From positions 620,001 through 684,000 of the forward strand of contig JAIVFI010000021.1 of assembly GCA_025558095.1 (NCBI GenBank): a stretch of 64,000 nt of DNA, in the 5' to 3' direction. A program made the translations under genes and the position numbers. Positions 62,401 to 64,000 of the stretch are shown here, piece after piece. Below the pieces are notes generated by a model, which worked only from the letters and a program-made list of their open reading frames with translations, searched no databases and was not told the DNA's origin. This DNA comes from Hyaloraphidium curvatum SAG 235-1. Taxonomy: Eukaryota; Fungi; Monoblepharomycota. The first letter of the stretch is position 1. Every line of letters begins with the position of its first letter.

Positions 62401-64000
62401 ACTCCAAGGGCACTGCACATCCGTTCCCTGCAGCAATAAGCTTTTCTGTTGCTGCCCAGCCGTGCCGCCAGCCCAACAGACAGCAATGGAACGGCATTTG
62501 CGTCACCAATACATCTGATTCCTGATGCTGACCATCTATGGGATCTGGAGCCTCAACGAGCATGGGATACGAATCCCACCTTCCTCGCGCGGGATACGAA
62601 TCCCACCTTCCTCAACTAGTGCATTCCACTCTTTTGTCCCTCTGAATGCTATTCTGTTCCACTCCAAGGGCACTGCACATCCGTTCCCTGCAGCAATAAG
62701 CTTTTCTGTTGCTGCCCAGCCGTGCCGCCAGCCCAACAGACAGGGATGGAACGGTATTTGCGTCACCAATACATCTGATTCCTGATGCTGACCATCTATG
62801 GGATCTGGAGCCTCAAGGAGCGTGGGATACGAATCCCACCTTCCTCATGCTGGATGCCCTCTGCTCTTTTGCCCCTCTGAATGCTATTCTGTTCCACTCC
62901 AAGGGCACTGCACATCCGTTCCCTGCAGCAATAAGCTTTTCTGTTGCTGCCCAGCCGTGCCGCCAGCCCAACAGACAGGGATGGAACGGTATTTGCGTCA
63001 CCAATACATCTGATTCCTGATGCTGACCATCTATGGGATCTGGAGCCTCAAGGAGCGTGGGATACGAATCCCACCTTCCTCATGCTGGATGCCCTCTGCT
63101 CTTTTGCCCCTCTGAATGCTATTCTGTTCCACTCCAAGGGCACTGCACATCCGTTCCCTGCAGCAATAAGCTTTTCTGTTGCTGCCCAGCCGTGCCGCCA
63201 GCCCAACAGACAGGGATGGAACGGCATTTGCGTCACCAATACATCTGATTCCTGATGCTGACCATCTATGGGATCTGGAGCCTCAACGAGCATGGGATAC
63301 GAATCCCACCTTCCTCGCGCGGGATACGAATCCCACCTTCCTCAACTAGTGCATTCCACTCTTTTGTCCCTCTGAATGCTATTCTGTTCCACTCCAAGGG
63401 CACTGCACATCCGTTCCCTGCAGCAATAAGCTTTTCTGTTGCTGCCCAGCCGTGCCGCCAGCCCAACAGACAGGGATGGAACGGTATTTGCGTCACCAAT
63501 ACATCTGATTCCTGATGCTGACCATCTATGGGATCTGGATCCTCAACGAGCATGGGATACGAATCCCACCTTCCTCGCGCGGGATACGAATCCCACCTTC
63601 CTCAACTAGTGCATTCCACTCTTTTGTCCCTCTGAATGCTATTCTGTTCCACTCCAAGGGCACTGCACATCCGTTCCCTGCAGCAATAAGCTTTTCTGTT
63701 GCTGCCCAGCCGTGCCGCCAGCCCAACAGACAGGGATGGAACGGTATTTGCGTCACCAATACATCTGATTCCTGATGCTGACCATCTATGGGATCTGGAG
63801 CCTCAACGAGCATGGGATACGAATCCCACCTTCCTCGCGCGGGATACGAATCCCACCTTCCTCAACTAGTGCATTCCACTCTTTTGTCCCTCTGAATGCT
63901 ATTCTGTTCCACTCCAAGGGCACTGCACATCCGTTCCCTGCAGCAATAAGCTTTTCTGTTGCTGCCCAGCCGTGCCGCCAGCCCAACAGACAGGGATGGA
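50405..64000. repeat. tRNA-derived tandem satellite array (395, 260 and 235 bp monomers), continuing past the window end
   Basis: Marker ATGCTGACCAT recurs at 50601, 50861, 51290, then every 395 nt to 53660, then 54096, 54322 and at mostly 260/235 spacing to 63775. Every monomer carries GAAYCCCACCTTCCTC. Confidence 0.98.
50935..54130. repeat. Block of eight ~395-bp monomers; the last has an extra 41 nt
   Basis: GCACCATCCGTTCGGCAG at 51011, 51406, 51801, 52196, 52591, 52986, 53381, 53776. Confidence 0.97.

Noticed and set aside
50373-64000. Dozens of repeated short ORFs in the array
   Set aside because: By-products of the satellite. Monomer lengths 260, 235 and 395 are not multiples of three and the frames break.
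50405-64000. CRISPR array
   Set aside because: The intervening sequences are identical rather than unique spacers, there are no cas genes, and the context is eukaryotic.

Overview
Eukaryotic, GC-rich, gene-dense and intron-rich DNA with mostly 45-80 nt introns. Gene content suggests an early-diverging, chytrid-like fungus (inference). Bases 1-44 kb hold about 24 tightly packed, mostly housekeeping genes: DPB2, NAC-beta, Tem1/Spg1, Rad21, Sec66, SMC1, V-ATPase E, TRAPPC13, proteasome beta3, dynein roadblock (missed by the ORF track), myosin II, SGNH/PC-esterase-like, GT90, ERV29, LSM2, TBC RabGAP, ATP10, CK2-beta, sulfotransferase-like, p23, eL6 and eIF3e. After about 44 kb the character changes. 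An isolated 5' half of a tRNA-Leu (45245) is followed by an orphan spliced gene that appears to encode a uracil-DNA-glycosylase-like fold plus an AT-hook, then an intact intron-containing tRNA-Leu(AAG) at 50325-50430. The 3' end of this tRNA runs directly into a >13.5 kb satellite built from tRNA 3' halves (395, 260 and 235 bp monomers, with higher-order structure) that continues off the window edge. A second orphan gene (1548-~4200) also appears to have a UDG-like domain, here fused to 35-aa helical repeats. Exon boundaries were read by eye and protein assignments come from recognised motifs; no database searches were run.
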